A stretch of DNA of 64,000 bases from a virus, in IMG/VR virus record IMGVR_UViG_3300043570_000998, positions 25,843-89,842 of that record; one strand, 5' to 3'. This document shows, in pieces, positions 21,694 to 34,792 of the stretch. The position numbers and the translations under genes were made by a program. The notes below the pieces were generated by a model. That model was not told the origin of the DNA, ran no database searches, and worked only from the letters and a program-made list of their open reading frames with translations. The stretch's first letter is position 1. The number at the start of each line of letters is the position of its first letter.

Positions 21694-22008
21694 TTGGAAA
21701 CAATGGAAGAAACAAAAACAACATTAGAACGAGTCAATGGTCTCACTGAGATCGCTGACTTTATGAACGATGAAGAGCTTACTGAAGCCCTCACGTTTAT
21801 TGCAAAGGTTATTTTCAAGCCAGAGATTCCTGCACAGGTAGCCTCTATTGAGATCGTTCGCTTGCAAGCCATTGCTGCTAAAATGTCATTCAAGGCTACT
21901 TGGATGGCTAACGTAGATAAGGGAGATAGAGCGAAGAAGAATATTTATTTTACTGCTGCTAGTTCAATTAATGAACTTGTTGCTGCACTTAAATATATTA
22001 CTCGTTAA
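21694..22008 (+). CDS. Hypothetical protein
   Basis: Preceded by TTGACT-N17-TATAAT (21649-21677) and RBS. Confidence 0.6.
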   Translation: METMEETKTTLERVNGLTEIADFMNDEELTEALTFIAKVIFKPEIPAQVASIEIVRLQAIAAKMSFKATWMANVDKGDRAKKNIYFTAASSINELVAALKYITR

Positions 22009-22015
22009 ACATACT

Positions 22016-22819
22016 ATGACTAAAAATTTACTAAACCAAGTTATGCTCAAGGGTGCATCAGATAAGAAAAGATCATTCCTAGATACTGACGAGCTTATTA
22101 AAAAGATTCAGCACGGATACATTATTAACCGTGTTGACAAGCACCAGCAGAAGAAAACTTTTGCACCTAGTACAATTGCATTCTCCCACGGAGAGTGTCC
22201 TCGTTACTGGTACATTGCCTTTGAGGGTGCAACATTTACAGACAATGCAGATGCATATGGCGGAGCTAATATGACTGCTGGAACCAAGTCGCACGAACGT
22301 ATCCAGTCAGCTATGGCAAATGTGCCAGACCTGCTCGTTGACTCTGAGTTTAAAATTACAAGTCAGGACCCACCTATCTTTGGTTACGGTGACGTAATCC
22401 TCAAGTGGGGTGGAGAAGATTTGCTTGGCGAAATTAAAACAATGCCAAACGAAGGATTCGAATATCGAAAAGCAGCAGGGAAACCAAAGCTTGGTCACCT
22501 CGTACAGTTGCTTATCTATATGAAAATTCTGGGGAGAGAACGTGCAGTACTAATCTATGAGAACAAGAATAACCACGAGTTGCTTGTCCTTCCAGTAGTA
22601 CTAAACGATTATCTTAAAGGGTGGGTAGACAGTACATTTGATTGGATGAGAGAAGTTCGTAGTGCTTGGGAGAATAAAACTCTTCCCACCAAGAACTACC
22701 GATCAAATTCGAAGATTTGCAAGACTTGTCCAGTAAGGTCAACTTGTGATATCGCTGGTCCAGGGACGCTACAAATAAAGTCTATGGAGCCAATCAATGA
22801 AGCATTGTCAATGGTGTGA
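22016..22819 (+). CDS. Cas4-like / RecB-family exonuclease
   Basis: CPR, GYGD..GEIKT, QLLIY, C..C.....C Fe-S pattern. Confidence 0.85.
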   Translation: MTKNLLNQVMLKGASDKKRSFLDTDELIKKIQHGYIINRVDKHQQKKTFAPSTIAFSHGECPRYWYIAFEGATFTDNADAYGGANMTAGTKSHERIQSAMANVPDLLVDSEFKITSQDPPIFGYGDVILKWGGEDLLGEIKTMPNEGFEYRKAAGKPKLGHLVQLLIYMKILGRERAVLIYENKNNHELLVLPVVLNDYLKGWVDSTFDWMREVRSAWENKTLPTKNYRSNSKICKTCPVRSTCDIAGPGTLQIKSMEPINEALSMV

Positions 22820-23090
22820 TAACCAATTTAAACCAAATGTATCTTATCAGATATATTGTTCTGCTGACTGTAGGGAACACGCAACTAGAGAGAAAATAGC
22901 TGAACGCTATGCTAGAAATCGTTTGCAAAAGCCCTCTCGAAAGAACAGAAAATGCAAAAATTGCGGATCAAAACTATCTATTTATAATGATGAAGAAACC
23001 TGCTCCATATGCGATATTAATCCTTCAGAAGTAAATAAAATATTAAAAGAGTTAAAGGGGATAGCCGATGGTAAAATTGAGCTTAATTAA
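22797..23090 (+). CDS. Cys-rich Zn-finger protein
   Basis: Four CxxC-like pairs. Confidence 0.55.
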   Translation: MKHCQWCDNQFKPNVSYQIYCSADCREHATREKIAERYARNRLQKPSRKNRKCKNCGSKLSIYNDEETCSICDINPSEVNKILKELKGIADGKIELN

Positions 23091-23643
23091 TCCAAAACCA
23101 AAAACAGTTTGCTCAATTGATGCAAGCACAAACAGCCTAGCCTTTGCTATTTTTGAGGACAAGTCTTTAATTAGATTTGGCAAGATTAATTTTACTGGTC
23201 GTAATGCATATGAAAAAGTTGGAGATGCTGCAAAGAAGTGTCTATCTTTCTTTAAACAATTTAATATTGATTCTATTATTATTGAGCACACGGTATTTAT
23301 TAACAGCCCTAAGACTGCTGCAGATCTTGCACTTGTTCAAGGAGCGATGCTTGGGTCAGCTCAAATTAATGGCATAAAGATTGCTGGATCAGTTAATCCA
23401 ATTACTTGGCAATCATTTATTGGCAACACAAAACTCTCGGCGGTAGAAAAACAACAACTTCGCAAAGAGAATCCTAACAAATCCGAGTCTTGGTATAAGG
23501 GGCAAGAACGTGAAATTAGAAAACAAAAAACAATACGTTATGTTGGTACGTATTATAATAAGTCTATTAGTGATAATGACGTGGCAGACGCTATCGGAAT
23601 TGGTCACTGGGCTATCCACAATTGGGAAAAGGTTGACAAATAG
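23068..23643 (+). CDS. RuvC-like resolvase
   Basis: SIDAST, IIIE, DVADAIGIG. Confidence 0.8.
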   Translation: MVKLSLINPKPKTVCSIDASTNSLAFAIFEDKSLIRFGKINFTGRNAYEKVGDAAKKCLSFFKQFNIDSIIIEHTVFINSPKTAADLALVQGAMLGSAQINGIKIAGSVNPITWQSFIGNTKLSAVEKQQLRKENPNKSESWYKGQEREIRKQKTIRYVGTYYNKSISDNDVADAIGIGHWAIHNWEKVDK

Positions 23644-23647
23644 ACTT

Positions 23648-23803
23648 ATGGCTGCTAAACTATATCAAAGCGAGGCGTGGCTTCGCAAACGCTACCACCT
23701 TGATCGCAAGACTCCAGAAGATATTGCAAAAGAGTGTGGCACTAGCGTTGAAACAATTTATGTATACCTTGCAAAGTTTGGACTAAGAAAGAGTAAAAGA
23801 TGA
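23648..23803 (+). CDS. Small HTH protein
   Basis: EDIAKECGTSVETIYVYL. Confidence 0.6.
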   Translation: MAAKLYQSEAWLRKRYHLDRKTPEDIAKECGTSVETIYVYLAKFGLRKSKR

Positions 23804-24042
23804 GTGAAAACCTTAAAATCACGGTAGACCAAGTTAACCATCCACCACACTATACAAAGGATCCTAGTGGTGTTGAGTGTATTGAGATTACACGTCACCG
23901 CACCTTTAACATTGGGAATGCTTTTAAGTATCTTTGGAGAGCTGGCATTAAGGACGAATCAAAGACCATCCAAGATCTTGAAAAAGCTATCTTCTATATT
24001 CAAGATGAAATCAAACGACTACAAGGAGAATACCGTGGCTAG
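23800..24042 (+). CDS. DUF3310-like protein
   Basis: VNHPPHY..ECI..GNAFKYLWRAG.K..DLEKA. Confidence 0.85.
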   Translation: MSENLKITVDQVNHPPHYTKDPSGVECIEITRHRTFNIGNAFKYLWRAGIKDESKTIQDLEKAIFYIQDEIKRLQGEYRG

Positions 24043-24337
24043 ACTTCGCAAGACAGAGTATAATAAGACTATGATTAAAGATCCTTATGAACGTGTCTAT
24101 GAGATGCCATTTGGCAATTTTGTAATTGAGCGTGGGGACTTAATTAAAGTTGCTGGAGAATATGGAACTAAATTTAAATTTGAGTCCATTACCACTAACC
24201 CCAAGAACGGTGCTGTGTGGGTAGATTGTTTTGAGACGTGGAGAGGACGAACAGGGGCATACCGTTCATTCTCTATTGACCGTATAAAGCGTATTCCAAA
24301 ACGTAGACCAAGGAAGGTTAAGCTAAGTGTCGTTTGA
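24035..24337 (+). CDS. Hypothetical protein
   Basis: GTG start after AAGGAG. Confidence 0.55.
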   Translation: MARLRKTEYNKTMIKDPYERVYEMPFGNFVIERGDLIKVAGEYGTKFKFESITTNPKNGAVWVDCFETWRGRTGAYRSFSIDRIKRIPKRRPRKVKLSVV

Positions 24338-24860
24338 AGATCTTACAGTAGAACACCTTGACGAAGTAAACAAGGTTGTTGAAAAGTATCTACAGGGCAA
24401 TGAACCTACCCAGATTTCAAAAGAACTATCGATTCCTCGTCAAAAAGTTGTTGCTCATATTAAAGAGTGGCAACTTATGGCTGCAGATAATGCGTTAATT
24501 CGTGCTCGTGCAAAGGAAGCACTTGTTGCTGCAGACACTCACTATAATAAACTAATCAGTAAAGCATATGAGGTTATTGACGATGCAACTACGCTTGCTA
24601 ATTTAGGTGCAAAGACCGCAGGTATTAAGTTAGTCTTGGACATTGAGTCTAGGCGTATTGATATGCTACAAAAAGCTGGACTGCTTGAAAATAAAGAACT
24701 GGCAGAAGAGATGCTTGAGATTGAACGTAGGCAAGACATTCTTAAAGATATCCTTAAAGACATTGCTGCAGAACATCCAGAGGTGCGTGACAAGATTATG
24801 CGTAGACTATCTGAGGTATCACGCAATGACGAGGTGATTACTGTTGTCAGAGATGTTTGA
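24327..24860 (+). CDS. HTH protein, probable terminase small subunit
   Basis: N-terminal HTH plus coiled coil, directly upstream of large terminase. Confidence 0.55.
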   Translation: MSFEDLTVEHLDEVNKVVEKYLQGNEPTQISKELSIPRQKVVAHIKEWQLMAADNALIRARAKEALVAADTHYNKLISKAYEVIDDATTLANLGAKTAGIKLVLDIESRRIDMLQKAGLLENKELAEEMLEIERRQDILKDILKDIAAEHPEVRDKIMRRLSEVSRNDEVITVVRDV

Positions 24861-26628
24861 TGATTTCTTTGAAGTTTTAAAAGATAACAACTTTGAGGAA
24901 ACGCCAGTAGACGCTAAGACGTTTGTTGAGGGTGAGGCATACCTTGGACAGCCACCACTATCTCAAATTCAGTATGACATTGTAGAGGCTATGAGCCAGA
25001 TCTATAAGCTTGAAGACCTAATTGATATTATGGGTACAGAAGAAGGTACACGCTATTACAAGAAGTACACCAAGAATGAGATTATTCTTCAGCTTGGTAA
25101 GGGTAGTGGTAAAGACTTCGTATCTACTGTAGCGTGTGCCTACATTGTATATAAACTATTATGCCTTAAAGATCCAGCTCGTTACTTTGGAAAGCCATCT
25201 GGCGATGCTATTGATATTATTAACGTGGCTATCAACGCACAACAGGCTAAGAACGTTTTCTTCAAAGGATTTAAAACAAAGATCGAACGCTCTCCTTGGT
25301 TTGCTGGCAAGTTTTACGCAAAGGTAGATAGTATTGAGTTTGATGATGCTATCACTGTTTACTCTGGTCACTCTGAAAGAGAATCTCACGAGGGTCTAAA
25401 CCTTATCCTTGCCGTACTTGATGAAATTTCTGGCTTTGCACAAGAAACAAATACTGGCAACGACCAGGGCAAGACCGCAGACAACATCTACAAAGCCTTC
25501 CGTGCCTCTGTAGACTCTCGTTTTCCAGACTTAGGGAAAGTAGCACTACTATCATTCCCTCGCTATCCTGGAGACTTTATCTCACAACGATATGATGATG
25601 TGATTATGGATAAAGAAATTATTACAAAGACTCATAAGTTTATTATGAATCCAGACCTTCCAGAAGATGCAGATGGAAACACTCTAGAAATTTCGTGGGA
25701 TGAAGATACAATCATTAACTATAAGTATCCTGGTATGTTTGCAGTAAAGAGACCAACGTGGGTAGTAAACCCTACTCGTAAGGTTGACGACTTTAAATTA
25801 GCATTCTATACGGACCTTGGAGACGCTATGATGCGATTTGCCTGTGTACCTACCTATAGCTCAGATGCATTTTTTAAGCAGATTGAGAAGGTTCAAGGTG
25901 CAATGACACTTCGTAATCCGCTAGACAACAATCGTCGTTTTGACGAGACATTTGTGCCAGATCCAGATAAGATTTATTACGTCCACGCCGACCTCGCACA
26001 ACGACACGACAAGTGTGCTGTGGCAATTGCTCACGTAGATAAGTGGGTAAATATTCAAGTGATTAAAGATTACCAGCAAGTAGCACCAGTAGTTGTAGTA
26101 GATGCTGTAGCGTGGTGGGAGCCAAAGGTAGAAGGTCCAGTTAACCTTTCAGAAGTCAAGCAGTGGATTCAAAACCTTCGTCGTGTAGGATTTAATCTGG
26201 GTATGGTAAGCTTTGACCGCTGGCAATCATTTGATATCCAGAATGAACTTAAACAAGTTGGCATTAGAACAGAAACTGTTTCAGTTGCCAAGAAGCACTA
26301 TGAAGATATGGCAATGCTTATTTATGAAGAGCGTCTCGCTATGCCATCCATTGATCTTTTATTTGAAGAATTAACAGAGCTTAAAATTATGAGAAACAAT
26401 AGGGTTGACCATCCTCGCAAGAAATCTAAAGACCTTGCAGACGCTGTGTGTGGAGCTGTCTTTGGTGCTATCTCACACACACCAAAAGACCTTAACCTTG
26501 AGGTAGAGATTCATACGTTTAAACAAAAACCAAAGAATGCTATTGCGGATCGTCCTAAAGATGTGATAGAATATAAATCCATACCAAATGATGTCAAGGG
26601 CTATCTTGATCAGTTCAATTTAATTTAG
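24853..26628 (+). CDS. Terminase large subunit
   Basis: Walker A GKGSGKD, Walker B AVLDE, nuclease HADLA..SFDRW..SKDLADA. Confidence 0.9.
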   Translation: MFDDFFEVLKDNNFEETPVDAKTFVEGEAYLGQPPLSQIQYDIVEAMSQIYKLEDLIDIMGTEEGTRYYKKYTKNEIILQLGKGSGKDFVSTVACAYIVYKLLCLKDPARYFGKPSGDAIDIINVAINAQQAKNVFFKGFKTKIERSPWFAGKFYAKVDSIEFDDAITVYSGHSERESHEGLNLILAVLDEISGFAQETNTGNDQGKTADNIYKAFRASVDSRFPDLGKVALLSFPRYPGDFISQRYDDVIMDKEIITKTHKFIMNPDLPEDADGNTLEISWDEDTIINYKYPGMFAVKRPTWVVNPTRKVDDFKLAFYTDLGDAMMRFACVPTYSSDAFFKQIEKVQGAMTLRNPLDNNRRFDETFVPDPDKIYYVHADLAQRHDKCAVAIAHVDKWVNIQVIKDYQQVAPVVVVDAVAWWEPKVEGPVNLSEVKQWIQNLRRVGFNLGMVSFDRWQSFDIQNELKQVGIRTETVSVAKKHYEDMAMLIYEERLAMPSIDLLFEELTELKIMRNNRVDHPRKKSKDLADAVCGAVFGAISHTPKDLNLEVEIHTFKQKPKNAIADRPKDVIEYKSIPNDVKGYLDQFNLI

Positions 26629-26637
26629 GAGCAAGAC

Positions 26638-27028
26638 GTGAGCTTTGACATTGTTTATTTTTCTAACTATTCTGGAAACACCAAAAGATTTGTAGATAAA
26701 TTAGATTTAAATTCAATTAGAATTCCGATAAGTGATTCTAATGACCCCATACTGGTGCAGAATAAGTTTGTATTATTTGTTCCAACTTATGGTGGTGGAA
26801 ATGAAGGACACGCTATTCCAAAGCAAGTCCGTTCCTTTCTCAACGTAGCAAGCAACAGAGATAAAATTATTGGCGTTGTTGGATTAGGAAACACAAACTT
26901 TGGAGAACACTACTGCAAGGCTGCAGAAATGATTGCAGCTAAGACAGGCGTACCAATTATAGGCAGGGTAGAAATATTCGGCACAGAAGAAGATGTAAAT
27001 ACAATTAATGAAAGGCTGGCGATGCTAG

Positions 27029-27039
<11 letters not shown>
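26638..27039 (+). CDS. nrdI: Class Ib RNR flavodoxin NrdI
   Basis: SGNTKRF, PTYGGG, GNTNFG. Confidence 0.93.
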
Positions 27040-30105
<3,066 letters not shown>

Positions 30106-30123
30106 CCTATTACATAAAAGATT

Positions 30124-30150
30124 GGGCTACTTTGGTAGCCCTTTTCTTTT
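30124..30150 (+). terminator. Intrinsic terminator
   Basis: GGGCTAC-TTTG-GTAGCCC followed by T tract. Confidence 0.8.
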
Positions 30151-30212
30151 GCAATAAAATGGTATAATTAGATAGTTAAGCTTCCCCAGGTTTAACAAAG
30201 GAGTGAAGGGAA

Positions 30213-31466
30213 ATCAAAAAATTAGTCTCGTATTTGAGTCTTATATTTTTAATGACAATTTACATTGTTGTTGCCTTTGCCGTACCTGCAAGAGCTGAAG
30301 GGTGCGTGTATGATCACGAAATTTATACCCCTGCGTCTGGCGAGGTAGCAACATTCAATACTTGTGGTGGAGATGATTCATCCTACAGAATTCCACTAGC
30401 AACACCAATCGTATTTGATGGAGTAGAATACTCAACGATTTATGCAACTACAAACTCAACAATAACATTCGGAACCCCCGACGGTACTTATTCTGATTAC
30501 CCAATGACACCATCACTATCAATTATGTCAATGGACTGGGTTGTATACCCACAAACTAGAGCAGATGAACATTTAATTATTACAGTTAGCGATGCAGGAT
30601 TTCAAATAGCTATTTCAGCTAGACCAATTTGGAATCAAGGAACGCCAGATACAACAAACATTACAGTTACAGCAATTAAAAGAACAGATAGCTCATACGA
30701 ATTAACATATACAATGAATGGAACAGACTGGAGCCAACAAGCTCAATTAAGAACTGGTGCTCGTCTACACGACAGAAGTATTGTTAGTCTAGAAGAAGCA
30801 GGATTTACTCAGGTAACAGAGCCTCCAGTCGTTCCTCCAACACCAGAACCAACACCTGAGCCAACAATAGAGCCTACCCCAGAACCCACTGTAGAGCCTA
30901 CACCAGAGCCTACGGTAGAACCTACACCAGAGCCTACGGTAGAACCTACACCAGAACCAACTGTAGAGCCTACTGAAGAGCCTACAGAGCCTCCTGTGGA
31001 CCCTGAGCCACCAATAGATCCTCCAGTAGAGCCAGAAGTTCCTATTAAAGTAGACCCACAAACTGAAGAGGTAATAGAAGAACCAACAACAGAAGAACTT
31101 CTATCAGAATCTCCACAAGATCTAACAGCACAAGAAGTAGTCCAAATTATGAGCGAAGCATACGAAACCTTAAACACATCTGAGCCAGGGTCTCAAGAAT
31201 ATGAAGAAGCCCTAGACGCAATATTTTTTGTTGCACAAGCAGACGACATTGTTCTTGATGAAGAGTTATTGGCAATTCCAATTGTTGGTAATATTGCTCA
31301 GGGATTAACAGATTTGATTAACTTTGCAGGAAACGTAGGATCGGACATAAGTCCAAAAGTACGTGAATCTGCAAAGAAAACAATTGTTGCAGCAGTCATT
31401 GTCGGACAAGTAGCACAAATTAGCACAATGTCAGCAATGTCTTCCGCATCGCTAAGGAGGATATAA
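30213..31466 (+). CDS. Secreted/membrane protein with Pro-Thr-Glu linker (start probably ATC 30213; ORF track uses TTG 30234)
   Basis: Signal peptide ending ARA; beta-rich domain; PTPEPTVE repeats; hydrophobic C-terminus. Confidence 0.65.
   Translation: MKKLVSYLSLIFLMTIYIVVAFAVPARAEGCVYDHEIYTPASGEVATFNTCGGDDSSYRIPLATPIVFDGVEYSTIYATTNSTITFGTPDGTYSDYPMTPSLSIMSMDWVVYPQTRADEHLIITVSDAGFQIAISARPIWNQGTPDTTNITVTAIKRTDSSYELTYTMNGTDWSQQAQLRTGARLHDRSIVSLEEAGFTQVTEPPVVPPTPEPTPEPTIEPTPEPTVEPTPEPTVEPTPEPTVEPTPEPTVEPTEEPTEPPVDPEPPIDPPVEPEVPIKVDPQTEEVIEEPTTEELLSESPQDLTAQEVVQIMSEAYETLNTSEPGSQEYEEALDAIFFVAQADDIVLDEELLAIPIVGNIAQGLTDLINFAGNVGSDISPKVRESAKKTIVAAVIVGQVAQISTMSAMSSASLRRI
30837..30990 (+). repeat. 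Coding 24-nt tandem repeat (PTPEPTVE)n
   Basis: cctacaccagagcctacggtagaa-type units. Confidence 0.85.
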
Positions 31467-31658
31467 ATGAAGAAATTTTTTGCAGATTTACTCAAAGATA
31501 TGATTGAGCAATCTTGGACACTTTTAGGTATGGCAATCGCCTGGCTAGTACTAGAAGGGTCTGCCAGAGAGTTAACAGGATATCTAATCTTAATAACTAT
31601 CTCAGTTTGGATAATAACATTCAGACTACGCAATCCAAAAAATAAAGGGAAGGAGTGA
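31467..31658 (+). CDS. Small membrane protein
   Basis: Two hydrophobic segments. Confidence 0.6.
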   Translation: MKKFFADLLKDMIEQSWTLLGMAIAWLVLEGSARELTGYLILITISVWIITFRLRNPKNKGKE

Positions 31659-31909
31659 TATATATGGATAAAGAAACAACAATGAGCATCATCGGAAGAA
31701 TGGTCGCACTATTCCTAGTTTCAGCATTAACAACCGTTGGTGCTGGTGCAATCATCGGAATTGACACCGTACAGACTGCAATTCTTGCAGGTGTAATGGG
31801 AGTTGCAAATGTTGTTGAGGATCTTTCTCGTAGCTACCTAAATGATGGTAAGCTTTCAAAGACAGAAATCAACGATGCATTCGCCGCAAACACACCAGAT
31901 CCAAGATAG
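31655..31909 (+). CDS. Small membrane protein (holin-like)
   Basis: Two TM segments, near endolysin. Confidence 0.5.
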   Translation: MIYMDKETTMSIIGRMVALFLVSALTTVGAGAIIGIDTVQTAILAGVMGVANVVEDLSRSYLNDGKLSKTEINDAFAANTPDPR

Positions 31910-31913
31910 TAAC

Positions 31914-31942
31914 TTGACACCCCTCTTAGGTTCCTGTATAAT
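31914..31942 (+). promoter_or_regulatory. SigA promoter of tRNA cluster
   Basis: TTGACA-N17-TATAAT. Confidence 0.85.
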
Positions 31943-31971
31943 AGGTATATAACTTAAGAGGGTTTGTCTAT

Positions 31972-32043
31972 TCCTCCTTAGCTCAGAGGCAGAGCAGAGA
32001 GCTGTTAACTCTAAGGTCCCTGGTTCGATCCCAGGAGGGGGAG
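31972..32043 (+). tRNA. tRNA-Asn(GTT)
   Basis: Cloverleaf; anticodon loop CT-GTT-AA; TTCGA T loop. Confidence 0.9.
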
Positions 32044-32047
32044 CAAA

Positions 32048-32120
32048 GGTCCTGTAGCTCAGTGGTTAGAGCACTACCCTGTCACGGTAGGGGTCGCCAG
32101 TTCAAGTCTGGTCAGGATCG
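32048..32120 (+). tRNA. tRNA-Asp(GTC)
   Basis: CTACC-CT-GTC-AC-GGTAG arm. Confidence 0.92.
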
Positions 32121-32124
32121 CAAA

Positions 32125-32197
32125 GCCGCCTTAGCTCATTTGGTAGAGCAACGCACTTGTAATGCGTAGGTGCAGAGTTCGAATCTCTGAGGTGGCT
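32125..32197 (+). tRNA. tRNA-Thr(TGT)
   Basis: ACGCA-CT-TGT-AA-TGCGT arm. Confidence 0.92.
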
Positions 32198-32198
32198 C

Positions 32199-32285
32199 GG
32201 AAATATGGCTGAGAGGTCTAAAGCACGTCACTGCTAATGACGAGTAGGGGAAACTCTACCGTAGGTTCGAATCCTACTATTTCCG
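32199..32285 (+). tRNA. tRNA-Ser(GCT)
   Basis: CGTCA-CT-GCT-AA-TGACG arm, long variable arm. Confidence 0.92.
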
Positions 32286-32291
32286 CACCCA

Positions 32292-32364
32292 GTCCCTCTA
32301 GCTCAGTTGGTAGAGCAACAGACTTTTAATCTGTGGGTCCACAGTTCGAATCTGTGGGGGGACA
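32292..32364 (+). tRNA. tRNA-Lys(TTT)
   Basis: ACAGA-CT-TTT-AA-TCTGT arm. Confidence 0.92.
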
Positions 32365-32407
32365 CAAAGAATCCTGGTATACTTGTATATAAGGAGGTCA
32401 TATAACT

Positions 32408-33205
32408 ATGGCAAAAACACAATTCCCCATTGATGGGAAACCTGGGAAAGACTGGAAAGTTACTTCCCTTATGGGTTGGAGAGTTCATCCAATCAAAAAA
32501 GTAAAGAAACATCACAATGGAACAGATATTGTTTCTAAGCACGAACCTTGTTGGATCGAAGCCCCTTACGATGGTACTGTTATCAACGTTGGAAATAATC
32601 CAAATGGTTTTGGTAATTCAGTAACAATTGCTCACAGCATTAATGGAGTAAGATACGTAACACTCTATGCTCATATGAAGAATGGATCTATTAAGGTTAA
32701 AAAGGGACAAGCAATTACTGCTGGAACCCCACTTGGCAAAATGGGTACAACTGGTATGTCAACTGGGAAGCACCTTCACTGGGAACTCCAGAAGGGCAAG
32801 AAGTGGGTATGGAACGATAATGGCAAGAACTTTATTGAGCCTGTTGCATTTTTCAAAGCACTAATGGATCTAGAAGCATCAGTAGCTACAGCACCACTTG
32901 TTACACCAGTAGATGCTCCTGTACAAGAAATGCCAGCACACTCAACAGTTGCAGAACCAGTAACTGAACCAAAGCCAGATGCAGTAGCTACACCTGCACC
33001 TGTTGCAGCTGCTCCAAAGGCACGTGCAACTCTTAAGGTTGGGTCTAAAGGAGCAGACGTTAAGTATCTACAGAAGAAACTTAAGATCACTGCAGACGGA
33101 GATTTTGGTCCTAATACAAAGAACGCAGTAGCTGCTTTTCAAAAGAAAAATGGTCTAACAGCTGATGGTATTGTTGGTCCAAATACTTGGAAAGCTATTG
33201 GATAA
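32408..33205 (+). CDS. Endolysin: M23 peptidase + peptidoglycan-binding domain
   Basis: HNGTD, YAHM, HLH motifs; C-terminal DGDFG..DGIVGPNTW. Confidence 0.9.
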   Translation: MAKTQFPIDGKPGKDWKVTSLMGWRVHPIKKVKKHHNGTDIVSKHEPCWIEAPYDGTVINVGNNPNGFGNSVTIAHSINGVRYVTLYAHMKNGSIKVKKGQAITAGTPLGKMGTTGMSTGKHLHWELQKGKKWVWNDNGKNFIEPVAFFKALMDLEASVATAPLVTPVDAPVQEMPAHSTVAEPVTEPKPDAVATPAPVAAAPKARATLKVGSKGADVKYLQKKLKITADGDFGPNTKNAVAAFQKKNGLTADGIVGPNTWKAIG

Positions 33206-33227
33206 ATAGCAATTTTATAGTATAATA

Positions 33228-33264
33228 GTATTCCCCCTAGATTTTTCTGGGGGGATTACTTTTT
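33228..33264 (+). terminator. Probable terminator
   Basis: TTCCCCTAG...CTGGGGGGA hairpin then T tract. Confidence 0.55.
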
Positions 33265-33274
33265 AAGGATTAGT

Positions 33275-33451
33275 ATGGCTTATTACGACTATAGATGTCA
33301 AGACTGTGAGAATACCGTAACGGTTAGTCGTGGGATGACAGAGGATGACCCTGGATACATCTGTGACACTTGCAATTCTGCACTAACTAGGGTATACTCT
33401 AATGTAGGAGTTAGTTTTAAAGGCTCTGGTTTTTATTCCACTGATAAGTAG
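33275..33451 (+). CDS. FmdB-family Zn-ribbon protein (58 aa, not in ORF track)
   Basis: MAYYDYRCQDC...CDTC...FKGSGFYSTDK. Confidence 0.85.
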   Translation: MAYYDYRCQDCENTVTVSRGMTEDDPGYICDTCNSALTRVYSNVGVSFKGSGFYSTDK

Positions 33452-33460
33452 GAGATCCCA

Positions 33461-33697
33461 ATGATTGAGACTGAAGCAAAAGAATTTATCCTTTCCGCAA
33501 CTGATAGATGTGATGCCTGTAACTCAGAAGCATACGTTAAAGCTACTGGAGTAACTGGAGATCTGTTCTTTTGTGCTCACCACTTTGGAAAGATTGAAAA
33601 CGATCCAGTTGCATCAGCCAAGATGCTGACATTTGCATTTGACTTAGTGGACGAGCGTGAAAAGCTTATTGAGAATCGATTGAAGGGTGATAACTAA
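33461..33697 (+). CDS. Conserved actinobacterial small protein
   Basis: DRCDAC..AYV..L.FCAHH motif. Confidence 0.7.
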   Translation: MIETEAKEFILSATDRCDACNSEAYVKATGVTGDLFFCAHHFGKIENDPVASAKMLTFAFDLVDEREKLIENRLKGDN

Positions 33698-34026
33698 TGA
33701 ATGAAAATCTTACTAAGATTGATGAGTTAATTCTTGGCGGTGCAGTAGAAGTTGCAAGCCTCACAGAGTCTGGCGATTTTTTATATAAATTTACAGACAA
33801 ACTAAAAGACATTGATCCAGAAGTTTATGACAAAGTTATACAGATGATGTATAAAGAAATTATATTTCTTTGGGAAAATGGATTTATTTCTATGGATATT
33901 ACTGCAAACAACCCATCGGTAACTCTAACAGATAAAGCATCCGATGCAGAAGCAATTTGGGCATTACCAGAGTCTATGCGACTAAATCTTCTTGCAGTAA
34001 TTAAATCAATTACAGAACAATCGTAG
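33697..34026 (+). CDS. Hypothetical protein
   Basis: Coupled ORF. Confidence 0.6.
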   Translation: MNENLTKIDELILGGAVEVASLTESGDFLYKFTDKLKDIDPEVYDKVIQMMYKEIIFLWENGFISMDITANNPSVTLTDKASDAEAIWALPESMRLNLLAVIKSITEQS

Positions 34027-34044
34027 TATAATTAATTAGGTGCT

Positions 34045-34440
34045 ATGTTAGAATATTTTCTTGGTTCAATAATTACTGCAACAACTATGTTTTTTACATA
34101 CAGATGGTTGCAAAAAAATAGTGGGCATATGGTAAAGCCACTGAAGATTGTTATTTCACAAAGCAATAATAATGAATTATTAAAAAAAATGTTTACGGAA
34201 GATCAGTCATTTCCAAAAGCAACAACACAATCTACCAAACACTTTGACAGCGTAAGTCTACGTATACTCATAGTAGATAGCCAAGCCTATTGGATCAAGA
34301 ACAACAGTGTCTTTATGGCTGATGTAGTAAATGGAGAAGTTGAAAAAGATACAGCCAGAGAGGTTGACACAATGGCTATGGATAAGGTACAATTAAACAA
34401 GATGATGTTCATTGTTGAGAAACTAAAAGAAGGATTGTAA
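34045..34440 (+). CDS. Hypothetical protein with N-terminal TM
   Basis: ORF with hydrophobic N-terminus. Confidence 0.55.
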   Translation: MLEYFLGSIITATTMFFTYRWLQKNSGHMVKPLKIVISQSNNNELLKKMFTEDQSFPKATTQSTKHFDSVSLRILIVDSQAYWIKNNSVFMADVVNGEVEKDTAREVDTMAMDKVQLNKMMFIVEKLKEGL

Positions 34441-34441
34441 A

Positions 34442-34792
34442 ATGAAGGTTGGTATTCAGGGGACGAGAGCCTTTGAGGACTACAATGTATTCCTACGTGC
34501 AATGCGTGTTGCTCTTTCAGAAATCAAAGAGGGCGATGAAGAATTTTTTATTTATACTGCTGGACCTGCTAGGACTAATGCCTTTGCAATGGAGTTTATC
34601 AATATAACAGAACGTAGTCTAAAAGCTCAGGGCATCCGTACCAGAGTATTTAAGTTACCACCAAAGGCATTGAAGGACGCTATCCATACCCTAGACTACT
34701 TTGCATTCTTCAGCAAGCCAAAAGAATCTACATCTGATCTTGTGCGTGAAGCAGAGGATAAAGATATTGAAGTTGGGATTTTTAGATACTAA
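34442..34792 (+). CDS. Hypothetical protein (SLOG/YspA-like)
   Basis: N-terminal GIQGTRAFEDY resembles GSR.F.DY start of that family. Confidence 0.45.
   Translation: MKVGIQGTRAFEDYNVFLRAMRVALSEIKEGDEEFFIYTAGPARTNAFAMEFINITERSLKAQGIRTRVFKLPPKALKDAIHTLDYFAFFSKPKESTSDLVREAEDKDIEVGIFRY

Noticed and set aside
22016-22819. Cas4 as part of a CRISPR system
   Set aside because: Solo Cas4-like exonuclease in a recombination module; no cas1/cas2 or array
30789-31177. Repetitive minus-strand ORFs
   Set aside because: Shadows of the PTPEPTVE coding repeat
32303-32542. Minus-strand ORF over tRNA-Lys and endolysin start
   Set aside because: Antisense shadow of real features
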